The position numbers were made by a program, and so were the translations under genes. Source: Mantamonas sphyraenae STR306 (lineage: Eukaryota > Protista > CRuMs). Taken from it: a stretch of 64,000 nucleotides of DNA. Each line of letters begins with the position of its first letter. The stretch's first letter is position 1. Positions 21,176 to 34,500 of the stretch are shown piece by piece. The stretch covers positions 1 to 64,000 of the forward strand of contig JAPMXV010000060.1 of the NCBI GenBank assembly GCA_026936335.1, in the 5' to 3' direction. A model generated the notes under the pieces. It did not search any database, was not told where the DNA came from, and worked only from the letters and a program-made list of their open reading frames with translations.

Positions 21176-23313
21176 TCAATCCTCCTCTTCGTCTAGCTCT
21201 TGCATCCGTGTGCCTGCCACTACATAGCGCAGCATTCGGCCAAACCAGCTCACTTCGCGCGGTGCCTCTTTCCACGTCTCCAGCACCTCCAGATCACGCA
21301 CAAACTGCAGACTCAGCGACCCATACCCGTCCTTGATGATTTTGGTCACTGCCTGTGGCGTGACTGCGCTAGCGCCGCCGTGACTTGCCTGCCATGTTTC
21401 CACAGCCTCGCCAAAGTGCCGCACAATCGTCAGCACATTCTCCACCTCCGCATGGCCTTCCTCGGCCACGTCGGCTGCGCTTTCACACACTCCAGCGTTG
21501 CGAATCAGCTCGTAGTACAGCTGGTCGTACATCGACACGTCCGCCAAGAAGGAGTCGCCAAACGTGATGAACACGTTGAACAATCGGAAAACTGCCGTCG
21601 CCAGTTGCTTTGCCCGTGGCTGTGTGTGTGTGTGAACGCGCGTGTGTCAGTGTCAGCGGCTGCTGCAGTGCTTCTTGCCCTTCTTCTCGCTCAGCGAACC
21701 TCTTTCTCGGCCAGATCGACAACGTGGCGCAGCACACGATACAGATTCGTCCACAGATAGTTCCACTTGATATTTTCCAGTCGGATGCCAGCCGACTTTT
21801 GGTGCAGCAGCATGCGGTGGATCAACCGAAGCGCGTCAATGTACAACCCTGCGTTCAGGTGCGCCTTGCAGTTGAACACTACAAACTCCATCAACACCTT
21901 CAGCATCAACTCCGCCATGCATCCGGTGTGTTCTTTGTTCTGTTCGTTGCGTTTCAGCCGCAGCTTCAGCGTAAGCAATTCCGGGTCATGCACGAGCTCT
22001 GGAGACTGTTCCATGATGACTCCAAAGATCACCAGGACCATGCGTGCGTATGTTTCACTGCGCTCATCCTTGATGTCCAAAAACAGGTTGCTGGCCAGTT
22101 GCAGTAGCCTAGGCAGCGGACCGTACATCGTGTCTGGTTGCTGTTTGGCGAGTGCAGTCAACGTCGCCGTGGATGTGGACGACGACGACGACGACGACGA
22201 TGACGATGACGAGGAGGATGACGATGACGTGGTAGGTTCCGATTTTTGGTTGCCCAGTTCGTCGATCTCAACCTCTGTGACCACATTGGCCAGGGAATCG
22301 TCGCCGTGCTCGTCCTCGTCCTCGCTGTTGGCTCCGGTGTCCACGGGAGCCTGCACCTCGAGCAGGAAGCCTACAAAGGAGTCGTTAAGGTGGATCATTT
22401 CGTACAAAGAGAGAAGCACGGCGCCCGTTCCTGCAGGACACACGCTCTCACCCGGTTGCCCGCTCTCGTCTTCCTCCGACGTTACAAAACTCTTGATGGA
22501 GCCCCACAGTTTGCTCCAGCCGTCTGCACCCTCTTCAGAGGGTTTGGGCAAGGCGTCGTCATACATGCTGGCCAAGGAGTGCAAGCACACAGCCTGAGTG
22601 TAGGCGATGCGCTCGAGGAGAGCTGCGCTTGTGAGGCGGCGAACGCGGCGGACGCACGGGTTCTGGGACTCGTACTTCTGGTAGTTGACGAGAAGGGAAA
22701 GGAGCAACAGCATGCTCTTTGCCATTTGCGGTGGGGAGGCGTGGAGGAGGTGTACGGGGGCGTCAGCGAAAAGGTGGAGTAGGGTGTCAAAGGTGTCGGT
22801 GAGAATGAGGTACTCGACGAGGGCGTTCTGGTTGACGTTGTCGCATGCAGACACAAGTGTGCTCAACAACCGCATGGCCGCCTGCTTGATGTCGGCGGGC
22901 ACGCGCTCGTGAGCGAGCAGCTGTTGCACATAGTCCAGTAGCGTGCGGAAAAAGGTGTCTGCGTGCTCAAAGCCGCATAGCAGGTCGAGCAGCTGGTACG
23001 TGGTGAATTGCTTGCTTGAACAGGCGTGGATGACGTCTGAGAGGATGATCAGCGCGTGCAGGACACGGTGACGGTTGTCGTCGAGTAGCGCGGCGCTGCA
23101 CTCTGCACACAGCTCGCGCAGACGCGGCGCCAGCGATAGTAGCTCGGTCTTTGTGCTGTGTCGGATGCATCGTTGCAGAAACGGCGAGTTGGGCTTGAGC
23201 AAGAGGGTCTCCTCCCATTTGTGCGCGGCCGGCTCCTCGTCTGGCGTGAGCAAGCTCTCAAAGATGTGCACAAACTTTGAGATCTGCGGCGGTTGGTTGG
23301 GTCGTACAAACAT
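21176..23313 (-). CDS. ARMH3: Armadillo-like helical domain protein 3 (C10orf76/DUF1741 family)
   Basis: Motifs WEETLLLKPN, LLVNYQKYESQNP and FITFGDSFL...YDQLYYELIR; one phase-0 intron at about 21620-21699. Confidence 0.85.
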
Positions 23314-23412
23314 GGTGGAAACGAGTACCTGCCACGAGCGCTAGAGTGACGCACTGGCTCACAGGAGGATGTGTTGGCAGCGGCGGCGCGCACAGTGAAA
23401 CCGCAGACGCAG

Positions 23413-24264
23413 ATGGTGAGTGGATAGCATGGCAAGGCGTGTTCGCGCGGAAAGAGACGTGTTGAGTGTCGTTGGATGTGGTGGTGCGCGATTAACTAAC
23501 GCACGTGATGCGGGGGGGGGGTCGATAGCTGGTGCCCGACGAAATTGCGCAGGCTCTGGGGCCGTTTGCAAGCCAAGAGGTGTCACTGAGCGAGGAGCAG
23601 TGGCAGCACCTGGCTACAAGTGCGGTGACCTCCCTGGTCACGGGCCAGGTGGAGGAGGATGGTGAGTGTGTGGCGAGCAGGAAGCACGGGAGGGACGTGC
23701 GCTGACACAGCGGCTACGGCCCACCCAGACTCGTTGGAGAAGGACGTGATTGCGCAAGCCAAGCATGCGTTTGCAGCCCTGGCTGCATTGGCACTCGAAG
23801 CAGCAAAGGAAAACATGGATGCTGATGCGTTTGGACAGGTACGTGAGCGTGAGGGCAAACGAACGGTGTGCGTGGATGCGAGACACGGACTGACATGGAC
23901 GAGGTGCGCAATGCACGCGCCACAGAGTGTGTTGGTGGAGGAGCTGTCGCTGCCAGATGCGGCTGTGGCTGCGACTGTGCATGCGTACGGAGAGCAACGC
24001 GAGTCCATCCGGGACACGTTGTCGACGTCTGGCTTCAACTACCCGCACCTGACAAACGTGCAGTGGCGCCTGGACCTGCTTGTCAAATCGAACCGCATCG
24101 AACGCGTGAATGCTCCGACGTTCATGCTGCAACTGGACCTGGCTGGCGACGACGGCCAGACGCAAGAGCTGCAGTTTGCGTGCTCGGTCGACCAGATGCA
24201 AGATCTGCTCAACCAGCTCAAGGACGCCACAACCCAAGTGGAGCGCGTGCTCGGGTCGTCGTAA
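23413..24264 (+). CDS. COMMD3: COMM domain protein 3, multi-exon
   Basis: KHAFAALAALALEAAK and YPHLTNVQWRLD...FACSVDQMQDLLNQLKDA match COMMD3. The first coding exon is ATG only (ATG|GTGAGT at 23413), with further short introns. Confidence 0.85.
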
Positions 24265-24429
24265 CGAGCGATGTGGGAGGCATCTGGCGAAAGGAGGGAT
24301 GCGAAGGAGACACATGTGGGGTGGAACGGGAATACACGTAGGTCGCAAGACAGGTTGCACAGATGCTGAGAGCAAGGTTGCAAAGCGTGATTGCAGCTCG
24401 GTACAGACAGAAACCTGTAGTTAGTCTCT

Positions 24430-24502
24430 TCTTCCGTGGCGCAATTGGCAGCGCGTCAGACTGTTAATCTGTAGGTTGGCGGTTCGAGCCCGCCCGGGAG
24501 AG
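24430..24502 (+). tRNA. tRNA-Asn (GTT)
   Basis: Identical to the 19485-19557 copy; downstream T-run. Confidence 0.95.
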
Positions 24503-24918
24503 ATTTGGTTTCTTTTTTTGTGTGGTCTGTTCTTTTTCGCTCTGGTTCTGGCCATGTGCTTGCCTCTGGAGAGTGCCGTGCAGGTGATGATGTGATGATA
24601 CCTCCCCCCCCCCCCCCGTCCCGTCCCTTTGTGTGTGTGTGTGTGGACTGTGCATGCATTGGCTGCTGCCTCAATCTCGCGGCCGCTCCCACTCTCTCCG
24701 TGGCCTGGATCTCCATGTCGCCCAGCAGGCAGACATGCACAGGACCAAACACCACGCAGCACGCCATGTCTGACCCCCGCCCGGTCATCCTGCGCCATCC
24801 TGCGCCATCCGGCCCCACGCACACCGGGGTTACAGAACCTGTCGGTCGCAACACCGGCATGGCATGGCTGTGCGGTGCAACTGTGTACAGCGAAACAGCC
24901 TCAGTAGTCTCGATTCCC

Positions 24919-25005
24919 CCGGGCATAGCTCAGTTGGTAGAGCGGTCGACTGTAGAAGTACTAGCATTAATCGATTGGTCCCTGGTTCAAATCCGGGTGC
25001 CCGGA
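24919..25005 (+). tRNA. tRNA-Tyr (GTA) with intron 24956-24969
   Basis: Identical to the 18986-19072 copy; downstream T-run. Confidence 0.95.
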
Positions 25006-25329
25006 ATCGCTTCTTTTTGCCCTTTCCTTTTTTTGGCGATCCCAGCCTCTCTTCACCCTCCCTCCCATCGTCCTCCAACCCTCCACCTCCCTTTCCCTCC
25101 CTCCATCCCCCCTCCGACTCCGCTCCCGCTCTCTCCCGTTCCGTCCCACTCTCTGTGTCCTCTTTCCCTCCCCACTCCCACTCCCACTCTGTTCCCTCAC
25201 CCAGGACACTCCCAAACCCCATTCAATATGTGCTTCATTCACTCTGTACCTTGATGTGCCCAAGTGGCCTCACTCCTCCTCCACAGCATCCGCTGCATCT
25301 CCCTGCGCCGATGGCCAACCCAACCAAAA

Positions 25330-28300
25330 ATGAGCAGCAGCAGCAGCACAAGCAGCCCCAAGGACGGAAAGGAACCCGAGGCAGACGCCTCTGCCGTCGA
25401 GGAGGAAAAAGTCAAGCCGGAGCTGGTGCACATCAGCGAGGCCTTCCTCCCAGACGTTGACGAGCACAATGCCAAGATCCTCGCCTTGGCTCAAAAACAC
25501 TCGCTCCCTACATATGCCACCTACGGTATGTTGCCCGTTCCCTCATTCCCCTCCCCGCGCCCTCCACGCATCCTCCCCGTCCACCACCCCACTGCCTTTG
25601 CCTCACGTCCCCCCGTCCCATGGCCCACCCGTCTTCACCAAATCGGCTCCCCCAAACCGAAGAGGGCCGTCGCCTTTCCCCTTGTCTGCCCCCCCCACCC
25701 ACATGCCACTTTCCACCCTCCAGCCCCACCCCTCGTCTGTCCCACCATCCTCTCCAGCCCTTGTCTCTGCCTAGCCCGCACCCACCTGCCCGTCCTCGTT
25801 TCCATGCGTCGCTTCTTCCCTGTCCACCCGTCCTTGATTCTAAAGAGGGCTTTGCTTCCTAATGCTCACTCCCGTGACGCGTTCCCCCGCTCCCGACCCG
25901 CACGCACCCTCCTGCAGACGGACGCCTCTACCTTGGCAAGCTCGTTAGCTCCTCTGCCGACGATCCCAAGAAGGACAAGGCCTCCTCCAGCAAAGGCGCC
26001 GCCAGCAGCACTGCAAGCGCCAAAAAGAAATCCTCATCCAACGCAAACCACCCACAGCTGCCTGCATACCCGCTCTACCTTGGCCCCGACGGCAACATCT
26101 ACGACCGCATGTACAACCCGGTCTCCATCAGCGAGTTTCCTGTCCAGGACGACCTCCCCGATGTCCCTGAGCAGGATCTCCTGTACAACGTAGTCGCACG
26201 CCACCTCTACAACCTCAACCACTTCACCTTTTCCCACCAAGCAGACCTCTTTGCCTCCTTTCCCGACGTCGGCCACTTTAAAGACTACCCCGACTTTGAG
26301 CAGGCCCTTTTTGCTTGGAAGGCAGACGTCGAAAAGGCCCTCGGCTACGTCCGCCTCCCGGCCCTTATGGGCCGCACCCTCGGCCGCCCCTCTGTCCACG
26401 TGCCCCAACTCGCTGCAGACGACTCCGCAGACGCTGACCAGGGCATTGACGACTTTAAGCTCGAGACAAGCACAGAACTCGACGACGACGAAGACCATCC
26501 CGACGCCGCCACACCCGCCGCCACCGCAAAGAAGCAGGAGCCCATCTACAAAGACCTCGACCACGACCCCTGGGACTCCCAGCTCATCCCTCCCGAACCC
26601 ATCCCCGACCACTACCTCTCCTTTGAGGAGTACGAAGAGGCCATCAACAATTGGGCCCGCCGCTGCGAAGACTCCCTCCAGGTCATCCCCCCGCATGCCA
26701 CCCAGCTCGAGACCCTCCTCGGCCTTGTGCCTCATGTCTTCAAGGACGCCTTTGGGGCAGACGATGACGACAAGAAGGAAGCCGAAATCACAGCCCGTTC
26801 AGGCGGCGCACTCACCGTCCATTACCTCGTCGCGAAGCTCAAGGCCCAGCACCACAACCACCCACGCCGCCCGCTCTCCGACCTCCTCCTCCTCCCTACC
26901 GCCTCGGAGCCCGACCCTCTTGAAGAACGCTCCTGGGCTCGCGACCACAAGTGGAAAGGCCTCAAGGGCGCCACAAAGCTTGCCATCCGCGATGTCTTTC
27001 AGGACTGGATTGTCAAGGAGCAAGACCGCAAACCTCTTCTCCCCATCATTCACGGCCGCTTTGTCGACCGCGGTTCATCCTCCGAAATGTCCATGACCCG
27101 GTCCAGCACCATCAGCATGAAGAACCAAGGTGAGCTCGGCACCTCCCTTCCCACCACCACGGACCCTCCCCGCTTCCGCCCACCAACCCACCTCTACCCC
27201 AGTCCCCCCCCTCCCCTCCCCGCCTTCCCCGCCCCACTAACCCACCTCTACCCCACCTCTACCCCCCCCCTCTCCCCCCCGCCCCACAGCAAAACCAATG
27301 ACTCCCCTCCGACGCTTGGACCTCACCCCAGGCCAAATCCTCACCTGCCAGGACGCCCCAGCAACCGTCGACGGAAAGGAGGTCGAGTTTGACATTCCCC
27401 AGTGCCAGCTCGACGAGAAAATCGACCTCAAACGCCTCGCCCAACAAAGCCGCTCCTACGGCCCCTACGCACGCACCCTTGCCCAGCAGTGGACCGAACT
27501 CGAGGCTCGCTCCAGGTACGACCACCTCAACGCCTGGTTTCACCCAAACATCCCCATCTCCGTCCACGCCGCCTACCACGAACAAGTCCTCGCCCTCATT
27601 GCCGCCGCTCAGGGCAGCCCGTCCCTCGAAACCGTCGAACACGTCCTGGCCGTGCCCGTCATGGTCGACAACTTCAGGGCCCTCCTCTCCAGCCCGGCCA
27701 GTGTAAACACAGACGACGAGAGCGACACCGTCATGCAGGTCCTCCTCTCCGCCATCACAGGCGACAACTTTGCAGACGCCCTCCTCCTCTTTGAGTCCCA
27801 CACAGACCCGCTCTTCACCGCAAAGATGGCCGTCTTTGTCACAGAGATCATGCAGACCTGCAAAGCCAAACACCTCCTCGAGACTCTCCGCGACAACAAC
27901 GAGATCCGCTCCCTCTACTGGATCGCACGCGCCATGCACTTCCACCGCGCCGCACACCTCGACATCATGCCCATTGTCGACGACGCCTGGGATCTCGTCA
28001 TCCACATCGCCCTTCGCCACGTCGACTCGGACCTCGTCCGCCAGTTCCTCGAAACCCTCTTTGTTCACTACTACCTTTCCGTCATCAACGATGCCATCAT
28101 GCAAGAGACCTACCTCTACGTCGCCATCAACTACTTTGTCGCCGAAACCATGACCCAGTGCGCAAACGCCATGGGCAACCTTCTCACAGACAACTCCACC
28201 CTCCTTGCACACGTCCTCGACGCCATCAACCACCGCTCATCCACCATCTCCTCCCTCCTCCTCTTTGCCACCGCCCAGCTCGTGCGCAACCCAAGCTCCG

Positions 28301-29745
28301 CCGTCCAGGATGTCCTCCTCAACCCAGACACAGACCTCGTCGCACATCTCCGCCTCATGGCCTCCTCCCGCTTCACACATGTCGCCTTTGCCGCACGCCG
28401 CCTCTTTTCTATTCTCCGCACAAACATCGACACCTGGGACATCCTCTGCCGCGTCTATGCCGAGCAGGGCCTCCTCGTCAACGACGTCATGAGCGAACCC
28501 GGCTCCGGCGGACGCCTCGACACACCCGCGCCCCTCATGTCCCAGCTCCTCGTCCAATGGGTTCGCGACACCCTCATCGAAACCTCCTCCGAGGGCGTCG
28601 ACCACTCCAGCTACGTCCTCCAGTGCGACCTCTTCCACGACGCCGTTGCTGCCCTCCTTGCCGCAAAGAACAAGGTCACCCACGGCGCCATCGGCCTTGC
28701 TTCTCTCCTCGAGGCCACCGCAAAGCACATGTACCGCCTCGCGCGCATCCAGGGAAAGGACCCAGAGTCCATGAAGAAGCGCGACAAACAGGGCGAACGC
28801 ATGCTCGCTGGCGAGCAGATGATCCTCATCATCGACTACAACGACATCAAAAACCTCCTCACCATCATCAAAAACATGCCCACAGCCGGCTACGACATCA
28901 AGCGCTCCTGCCTCGCCGCTCTCCGCCACCTACTCAAGGTCAACGACGTCTTTGCCCTCGTCAGCAGGGAAAACGACTTTTACACCCAAATCTCCACCTT
29001 TTGCCGCGACGGTCGCACCATGCAATCCATGCCCTTCAACCGCGAAGCCTGGCGCCTGTTTTTCCAGGCCGTCCGCTACCACTCGGGCACCCTCGACTAC
29101 TTGCAAAAGAGCTCCCACCTCGCCCCGTTCCTCGACACCATTGGCGGCGCCTCGGGTCCCTTTGGCACCATGAACGGTCTCCACTACCTCTCCAAGCTCC
29201 TCCAGCTGCCCGACAACGAAAAGCGCCGCATGGCCCAGGGTCACGAGGCTGTACGTGACCTCCAGGGCATGGACAACGACGTCAAGCTCCTTGTCAACTT
29301 TCTCGTCGGCAACTCCCAGTTCATCAAGATCCACATGATCTACAAGCGCTACTTCCCGGCCATTTCCCGCGGCACACGCCCAGACTACCCGGGCTTCCAC
29401 AAGGTTGCCGCCGTCTACAACACCATCAACGAGTCCCCCGGCTGCAACAAGCTCCTCCGCGACGCCTCCAAGAACGGCGAGTACAAGGCCGGCCTCCAGC
29501 ACATTGGCGGCATGTACGCAGGCTCAGACGACTCTGGCAGCAGTAGCGGCTCCTCCTCCAGCAGCGGCTCCTCCTCCAGCGGCATCAGTGTCGGCGGCGG
29601 CTCCAGCCTCAGCCACCAAGAAAGCAGCTCCAGCCTTGCAGGCGGCAGCGGCGGCAGTGGCGTCGGCGGCAGCAGCAGCGGCAGCAGCGGCAAGACCAAA
29701 AAGAGCGGCCGCTTTGGCCTCGGCAAGATCTTTGGCAAGGGCTAA
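25330..29745 (+). CDS. Large unknown protein with predicted helical/ARM-like C-terminal half, paralog A
   Basis: Introns 25526-25917 and 27130-27289 join the ORFs in frame; colinear similarity to the 31523-36346 gene (DVDEHNA, PLRRLDLT, VTEIMQTCKAK, FIKIHMIYKR). Confidence 0.85.
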
Positions 29746-29843
29746 AGAAGGACAGTATCACAATGCAGCCATCCCATCCCCACCAATCCCCCCCATTCCC
29801 CTCCCCCATCCACCCCCCGCCTCGGCATCCACCCAAACTCCGC

Positions 29844-31363
29844 ATGGACCCGGCCATCGCCCAAATCCTCAACTTTGCAGAGGTGGGCATCCTTGCCGCT
29901 GTTGGCGTGGCTGTGGCTGTCATAGCTGCCATCTCCACACGCTACACACATCTCGAGTTTGCCCGGTTGACCCGGCCACGAAATCAGCTCGCCGGTCTCC
30001 TGTTCTTCTGGCTCGTACGTCGTCGTCGTGGCTTGCTGTCCCTACCCTCGCTCACATCCGCCCCCACCCCCTCCCTCCCTCCTTCTCCACCAGCTCACCG
30101 TGCTCCTCGCAAGCCCCAGCCTCTTCAACACACGCGCCGGCGCCCTTGTCCCTGTCGACTCATCGCTAGCACAAATCCTTTGCTCCGCGGGCGTCCTTCT
30201 CAGCACTGGCTGGCTGGAACCCATGGTCCTCCTGTACATTCTCTTTACCTATCGATGCTCCCCGCGCTTCCGACACGGGTAAGTCCTCCACTGCTTCCCG
30301 TGCCCATGTCCCGCGCCCGTTTCGCAACCGTCTGCCGTGTGCGCTTCACATGTGTCCTCCAACACCCCCCAAAAACCCACCCCACCGTTTCCCGCACACA
30401 GCCCCGAGACAAATCAGGCCGCATACGTCACCCGTGCAAGTGTCTTGTGGTGCCTTGTGCCCTTCATTTGCCAGCTCATCCTCACTGCCCTCGACCTTGG
30501 CTTCTCCTTCTTCGGTTCGGGTGTCGACTCGGTGTTCTACACCGTTTACGACTCCTCCACGGGCCAGTGCATCTACCCGGCCCTCGTCTCTGGCGTCTCT
30601 CTTGTCTTTACCATCATTGCGCTCATTGTTTTCAGTAAGTTTCCTCCCCTTGGCTCGCTCCCCGCCCCCTGGCAGTCCGTTGACGGCCAGCGCGCCCGAA
30701 TCCCGGAGCACGACTTGCCACTCTAGAACCCCCACCCGCCACATTCCTTCTCCCTGCCCCACAGCGTCCCTGCCTTCCCAACCTCTTCTCACCATGTTGG
30801 CCTCCCCTCCCCACACTCCGCCTCCACCCCATTCTTCTCCCGCAGACCTTGTGGCTCGATCCTTGTATCGCGGTGTTCTCAATCGCGCCCTTCTTGCCAA
30901 ACTCAGGCGGCCCCAGGGCTGGGTCAACGCCCTCTTCCTCCTCAATGTGCTCATCCGAGCACCCATGGCCACCCCAGGTGTCCCCTCCCAAACAGCCACC
31001 TATGTCTACCACATCTACTTTGTCTTTCTCGCCTTCCTCACCATCGTCATTCTTAAGCTCCTCGTCGTCGATCCCATGCAGGCAGTTTCTCGCACCACCC
31101 TCCTTCGCCTTGATCACAAGTACGTCGCCAACCAGGACGACGACGACGACGACGTTCTCTCCGAAAACGAACACGACGAAGAACTCGGCCAGCTCGAGCT
31201 CCACCACGACGACGACGACGACGACCTCTTTACCAATCAGTTGGCCGCCCTTGCCGCTGCCCAGCAACGTCAATTCCAAGGTGCGGCCACCGCCGCCGCC
31301 GCCGCCGAAGCAGACGACGAGCCACGACCGCGTGACTCAGCGCAAGATCCGTCTCGCGTGTGA
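29844..31363 (+). CDS. Putative seven-TM membrane protein, multi-exon
   Basis: Four exons separated by GT..AG C-rich introns give about seven hydrophobic helices, two extracellular-loop Cys (QILC, QCIYP) and an acidic tail. Confidence 0.65.
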
Positions 31364-31522
31364 ACCTCCACACCAATGAACAAACCCCGTGACACCACCC
31401 ATTTCCTTTCTGGTCCACACGGTCCATCACCACCACCACCACCCATCCCAAAAAAATGCACGACTGCTTTTGCGAATCAACCTTGTCCTCCATTCTCCTC
31501 TCTCCCTCCCCCTCCACTGCAT

Positions 31523-34500
31523 CTACTTCCCACCAAACTTCTTCTTCTTGAAAGAAAACGATGCCAACGAGCCCTTGCGCCCATTGTTCTTGCCGCTGCT
31601 GCTCTTGCCGCTGCCGCTCTTGCTCGTCGAAGTCGGCCCACTCTGGCTCTTCTCCACCTTCTCCTTGCCCTTGGCACCCGCCTTGCCCTTGCTCGCTGCG
31701 CCAGGGTCCGACGCCGTCGAGCCGCCTCCCTCCTTGGCCTCCTGCTCGGCCTTGCGCCTGTCGATTTCCCGCTGGATCATCTCCTGCTGCGCCGCCACCT
31801 CGCGACGCAGAAGCTCCTCCTCGTCCACGTAGCCTGTGTACATGCGATCCATCATCGCCAGGCCCTCCTTGTACTCGGTAGTCTTGTACACGTCGCGCAG
31901 CAGCTTCGACGTGTTTGCCGAATTGTTGATCACGTTGTACACGACCCCCAGCTTCTGGAACGTCATACCGGCGTACGTGGGCTCCCCATTGGGCGGGAAC
32001 AGACGCTTGAAAATCATGTGGAACTTGATAAACAGCGACTTGCGCATCAGAAAGTCCGCCACCGTCTTGATGTCCCTTTCAAACACCTTGAAGTCTGTCC
32101 CTTCGCCACGCACGCACTCCTTGCCCTGCTCCACGCGCGACCGCTCCACGTTGTCCATGTTCAGCATCTTGCCCATGTAGTGCAGGCCGTTCGTCTGGCC
32201 ATACTCGCCCGCCTGCATACCGATGTTCTCCAGGAACGGACCCAGCAAGTTCTCCGCAATCAGGTGGTCCAGGATGTCGTTGTGGTACCGCACAATCTGG
32301 AAAAACATGCGCCATGCGTTCTTGTTGAACTCAAACGCCTCGATTTCCTTGCCGTCGCGGCAGTAGTTTGCCAGTCCCGAGTAAAAGTCCGTGTTGCCCT
32401 TCACCAGCTGGAACACGCTCGGCGACTTGACCAGGTGTCGCAGGCACACCAGAATCGGCGTGCGGAACCCATACTGCTTCACGCTCACGCTTCCAATCAG
32501 GCCCTGGATGTCCTGCACGTTCTGGTACGTCAGCACCAGCTGCTGCCTCTCCGCCTGCATCTCCAGGCGCTCCTTCTCATCCATGCGTGCCTTTTTCAGG
32601 TTGATCATCGGCGCACTGTACACCGCCTTGCATCGGTGCATTCCCTTTGCCAGCGTGGCCAGCGAGCGCGCGATCGCCACGCCCATGTGGCCCACCTTGT
32701 CGCGACGCGCAACCACGTTCGACAGCAGGCGGTGGAACAGGTCCGTGTCCAGCACAAACGCCACCTTGTCCTCCGCGCTCACCGTCTTGCTCTCCATAAT
32801 CGTTTCGATCAGCTTCACTGCAAGCGACAGCATCACGGGCGCCTTTCCGTCCGATCGTTTGTACTCCTTGCGCGGCGGGTGGAAGAACGCGTGAAGGATC
32901 GGCGTGTGCTCTTTGTCAAACGCATCCGCAATCTCCATCTGCTCCTGCTCGTCCACAACAACCTCGTTCTTCTTGTCCACCAGCTGCAGCTCCTCCTCCT
33001 CCTGCTTCAGTGTCGTCGAAAAATACTCACGAAGGTACTCCAGCCACTCTGCATCCTCCATCATCATCCCAAACAGGTGACGCACCGCAATCTGCACGTG
33101 CGAGAACCGCGAGTCCCGCGCCAGCGCTCGCAGCTTGTTCAGGAAGCCGCAGTCTTCCTCCTTCAACAGGTCCTTCACCGCACGTTCAGGCGAGTTCAGC
33201 AGCTGCACAAGCACAAACAGCATGTACGAGGACACGCTCTTCGAGCGGTTGCCCAGCGCCCACAGAATGTTGCTTGGCACCATCTCCGGGTTCGCCTCCA
33301 TCAGCTCGCCGATGCGCGCCGCGAGGAACTTGGTGGTCTCACCCGTGTAGTACGTAATCGAAGCGTACGCCGTGCCCTCCTGCTGGATGCAATCCAGAAT
33401 CACAGACAGGTAGTAGTACAGAAAGATGTTCTTGCTAAACTCGTCAAACTTCGGGTCGTTGATCACAGCCGACGCCGTCGCGTGCTTCTCCTCGTCGTAC
33501 GGGTAGATGTTCAACGGCAGAGCACGCTCCAGGTTCATCGCGTAGCCCACGTAGTACAGAGACTTGACGTCGCTGTTCGACAGGTACTGTTCCAGAATAC
33601 CCTTGGCCCTGCACGTCTGCATGATCTGCGTCACCACGTACGCCACCTTGGTGTGCGTCAGCTCCGAGTAGTTGTCCTCAAACATCGTCAACAAGCGCGT
33701 AAACTCCTCCACACGCAGCACGTTCATAAACTCCTGCATCATCGACTGGTTGTCCTCCACCTCCTCTTCCTCGTCCTCGTCTTCCTCGTTCACCTCCATG
33801 TCCAGAAACTCCGTAAAGTGGTCCAGGTACATCGGCATGAGCAAGATTCGCTCCACGTGCTCGTACTCCAGCGGCGTCGCCGTGCGCACAATCGTAGCCG
33901 CCTGCGCCTTGGCCTTCTTGATCAATCGTCGCGGCAGCTTCGGGTGGTACCATCCGTTGATCTTGTCATGGCGCGTCGACACAGACAGCCGGTTCCACTC
34001 GTCCTTCATGTTCTGCTTAAACTCAGGCACAAGCATCAGCTGCGCCAGGTCCATCTTGGTGTTCACCTCGTACGCCGGAATCTCAAAGTTCACCTTGTAC
34101 GGCCCAACCTGCTCTGCGCTGTCCCTGCACTCGGCAAGCTCCTCCTCTGTCAGGTCCAGCCTGCGCAGAGGCGGCCTGCGCTTGCGCGTCACCTTGCCCT
34201 TCTGCGACTTTTCGTACGCCGACAGACGGTCCTTTGGCAGCGTGCCGTGCACTCGCGGCATCAGCGGCTTCGTGTTGGCTCCGTGCGTCTCTTGCAGCTC
34301 GTCTCGCTGCTTCAGGTAGCTCTTGAACAGGTTCACAACAGTCTCGCGCGACTCCTCCGACGTCGAGCTCCACACGTTGTTGCGCATCCACTCGCCTTCC
34401 TTGCTCTCTTCCAGTGCACGCTCTGCTGCCTCGGCCTCCTTGCGAGCGTCCAGCACCCACTCCGGTACCGGATACATGTGCGGCTGAGATTTGGGGTGGC

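Larger units (their letters stand above)
24112..25287. repeat. Inverted repeat, right arm (~1176 bp)
   Basis: Reverse complement of 18700-19875. Confidence 0.97.

Noticed and set aside
18700-25287. DNA transposon with long terminal inverted repeats
   Set aside because: No transposase and no target-site duplication at the outer flanks; the arms consist of host gene fragments and tRNAs.
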